Of a stretch of 26,481 bases of DNA, positions 25,082-26,481 are shown one piece after another (within the stretch, counting starts at the first letter, position 1; each line of letters opens with the position of its first letter). Source of the stretch: a virus (Duplodnaviria > Caudoviricetes); the IMG/VR virus record IMGVR_UViG_3300010376_000117, positions 1 through 26,481 of that record; one strand, written 5' to 3'. The translations under genes were made by a program, and so were the position numbers. The notes beneath the pieces are model-generated. The model ran no database searches and was not told the DNA's origin. It saw nothing but the letters and a program-made list of their open reading frames with translations.

Positions 25082-25119
25082 CTCCCCAATTGACTCCCTC
25101 TTAGTTGGGGAGCAATCCT
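25082..25119 (+). promoter_or_regulatory. Candidate rightward promoter overlapped by an inverted repeat
   Basis: TTGACT (25090-25095) with a weak -10 region (CAATCCT), bracketed by ctccccaa (25082-25089) and ttggggag (25105-25112). Confidence 0.45.
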
Positions 25120-25264
25120 CTGGTCAAGTTAACCGGGATGGAGATGAGACACGGATGGACGAGCGGTCGGGGAGTGAGGCACCAGCCCTCCCTGTCTTGG
25201 AGTTCCGGACAGCGAAGCGAGGACGCCTAGCACCGGAGCGAGGAGAGAGAGAAAAGCTCCCCAC

Positions 25265-25324
25265 CCTTTCGTATGGCGTAGAGGACGCCACTGACGAGTG
25301 CCCCGGACGGGCCGAAACGAGAGG
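25265..25324 (+). ncRNA. Hammerhead ribozyme, type III
   Basis: Stem III CCUUUCGU/ACGAGAGG, cleavage triplet GUA (cut after 25273), stem I UGGCGU-AGAGG-ACGCCA, core CUGACGA, stem II G(U)GCCC-CGGAC-GGGCC, then GAAA. Confidence 0.9.
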
Positions 25325-25332
25325 ACTCTCAC

Positions 25333-25575
25333 ATGACCGAGCGACCGACTGCAAAACACCTTGCCGTCTCTATGACGGCCGAAGCATGGAACGACTTGTT
25401 GTGTATTCTGTACATGTACATTCATCGGACGGACGGCGTAGTTTTGTCGGCCGATGCGGAGACGCTCGCGGAGTGCATTCGCGAGCAAGTTGGCACTCGC
25501 ATACGCGCCTTGTTTCAGGCTGACGCTATTGCAGCCGCGGAAGATCTTAGGAGCATTTATGACTTTCACCTTTGA
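25333..25575 (+). CDS. Hypothetical protein, 80 aa
   Basis: SD GAGAGGA 7 nt upstream of the ATG. Confidence 0.7.
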   Translation: MTERPTAKHLAVSMTAEAWNDLLCILYMYIHRTDGVVLSADAETLAECIREQVGTRIRALFQADAIAAAEDLRSIYDFHL

Positions 25576-25747
25576 GCGTCGAATGAACGACAACCGGGTG
25601 GTATCCAGCCGCCGGCGATCGACCTACGTGTTTGCGGCGGACTGTGGATGCCGTAGGACAATGGCCTTTTTCCCAATGGAGGTTCCTCCCTCCATTGAGG
25701 ATACCTGCAAGCATGAGGAACCGAGTAGTGAAACGCGCTCTAAGTGA
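25559..25747 (+). CDS. Hypothetical protein, 62 aa
   Basis: SD AGGAG (25549-25553) before ATG 25559. MTFTFERRMNDN...CGC...CKH. Confidence 0.6.
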   Translation: MTFTFERRMNDNRVVSSRRRSTYVFAADCGCRRTMAFFPMEVPPSIEDTCKHEEPSSETRSK

Positions 25748-25791
25748 GCGCGTCTGCATGGGTGGCCACCATGCACTGATGATCAGGCCAC
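25728..25791 (+). ncRNA. Hammerhead ribozyme, type II with pseudoknot
   Basis: GAAA (25730-25733), stem III CGCGCUC-UAAGU-GAGCGCG, GUC site (cut after 25754), stem I UGCAUGG-GUGGCCA-CCAUGCA and core CUGAUGA. Stem II is minimal. Loop GUGGCC pairs with the 3' tail GGCCAC (25786-25791). Confidence 0.8.
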
Positions 25792-25804
25792 AGGAGACTC
25801 TCAA

Positions 25805-26479
25805 ATGTCCGCAAATATCGATACTTCTACCGGAAAGCCGGCTTTCGCTTTTGTCGGCGCCCGTGAGGCTATTTGGCACCGCGTGGGCTCGCAGATGCGA
25901 GCCGGGCAGTCCATGGATGACTGGCAGTCCGCTACCGGGCTGATGTGGGAGGCGATCAAGGCGCCGGTCCACACGTGGATCGACGGCACCCTGGTGGAGG
26001 TGAACAACCTCCACACGATCTACCGGTCTGACACGCATGCCTTTCTTGGCCACGGGTCGGACCAGTACACGCTGGATGGTGTGCAGCCGCGTGACAGCCT
26101 TGATTTTTTCTCTAGCTACATTGGTCATGATGACCGCTTCCGCGTTGACACGGCTGGCGCCCTCAAGGGCGGTGCCGTGATTTTTGCGACGGCGGTCTAT
26201 GACGGCGAGGTTACGATCGGCGGCGATGCGCACACCTCGCATCTGCTCTTTTCTACGAGCTATGACCAGTCCTTGGCGACGACGGTGGCCATGACGGCCG
26301 TGCGGGTAGTGTGCGCCAATACACTGTCGGCGGCGGTAGCCGATAGCGGTCGTGGAAAATCACTCATCAAGGTGCGGCACAGCACGACGTTTGACGCGAA
26401 TCGCGTGGGCAAGCAGCTAGCGGAGCTCGCGCAATCGATCGAGCGCTACAAGGCTGTCGGGGACAAGATGGCCGCGACC
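25805..26479 (+). CDS. DUF932/DUF945 (TIGR03299-like) phage/plasmid protein, partial (runs off window end)
   Basis: Not in the ORF track because there is no stop in the window. SD AGGAG, then MSANID..WHRVG..GLMW..TAGALKGG..LLFSTSYD..VRVVCANTL..KVRHS. Confidence 0.85.
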   Translation, partial: MSANIDTSTGKPAFAFVGAREAIWHRVGSQMRAGQSMDDWQSATGLMWEAIKAPVHTWIDGTLVEVNNLHTIYRSDTHAFLGHGSDQYTLDGVQPRDSLDFFSSYIGHDDRFRVDTAGALKGGAVIFATAVYDGEVTIGGDAHTSHLLFSTSYDQSLATTVAMTAVRVVCANTLSAAVADSGRGKSLIKVRHSTTFDANRVGKQLAELAQSIERYKAVGDKMAAT

Positions 26480-26481
26480 TA

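Noticed and set aside
1-26481. Stop-codon reassignment, integrase/att sites, or a diversity-generating retroelement
   Set aside because: Genes are intact in the standard code, with TAG and TGA both used as stops. No integrase, reverse transcriptase or template/variable repeat pair was seen.

Overview
A 26.5 kb, GC-rich segment of a tailed dsDNA phage (or prophage), inferred to be podovirus-type because no tape measure, tail tube or sheath genes are visible. The host is probably alphaproteobacterial, judged from the accessory gene families. Positions 1-24300 are almost all one leftward (minus-strand) tightly coupled gene array. In transcription order it holds accessory genes (glycoside hydrolase-like protein, 2OG-Fe(II) oxygenase/HD-like fusion, NF038122-like metalloprotease, DpdA/TGT-like enzyme plus VUT transporter), a lysis module, terminase large subunit, portal, scaffold, major capsid protein, adaptor, nozzle, a GNAT acetyltransferase and low-complexity ejection-protein candidates. 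A roughly 1 kb non-coding region with a strand-composition flip, a DnaA box and inverted repeats precedes a rightward, probably early, operon ending in a truncated DUF932-type gene. The most notable signals are non-coding. (1) Two hammerhead ribozymes (type III and pseudoknotted type II) each abut a ribosome-binding site in the rightward operon. (2) A roughly 240-nt multiply paired, apparently pseudoknotted RNA after the portal gene leads into a 13-aa Arg-rich micropeptide (MARRHRRGRRGRR) and an intrinsic terminator. (3) The DpdA-like + VUT cassette is bounded exactly by a 17-bp direct repeat. Family assignments come from recognising motifs by eye, and RNA pairings were worked out by hand. No database search or folding program was run.
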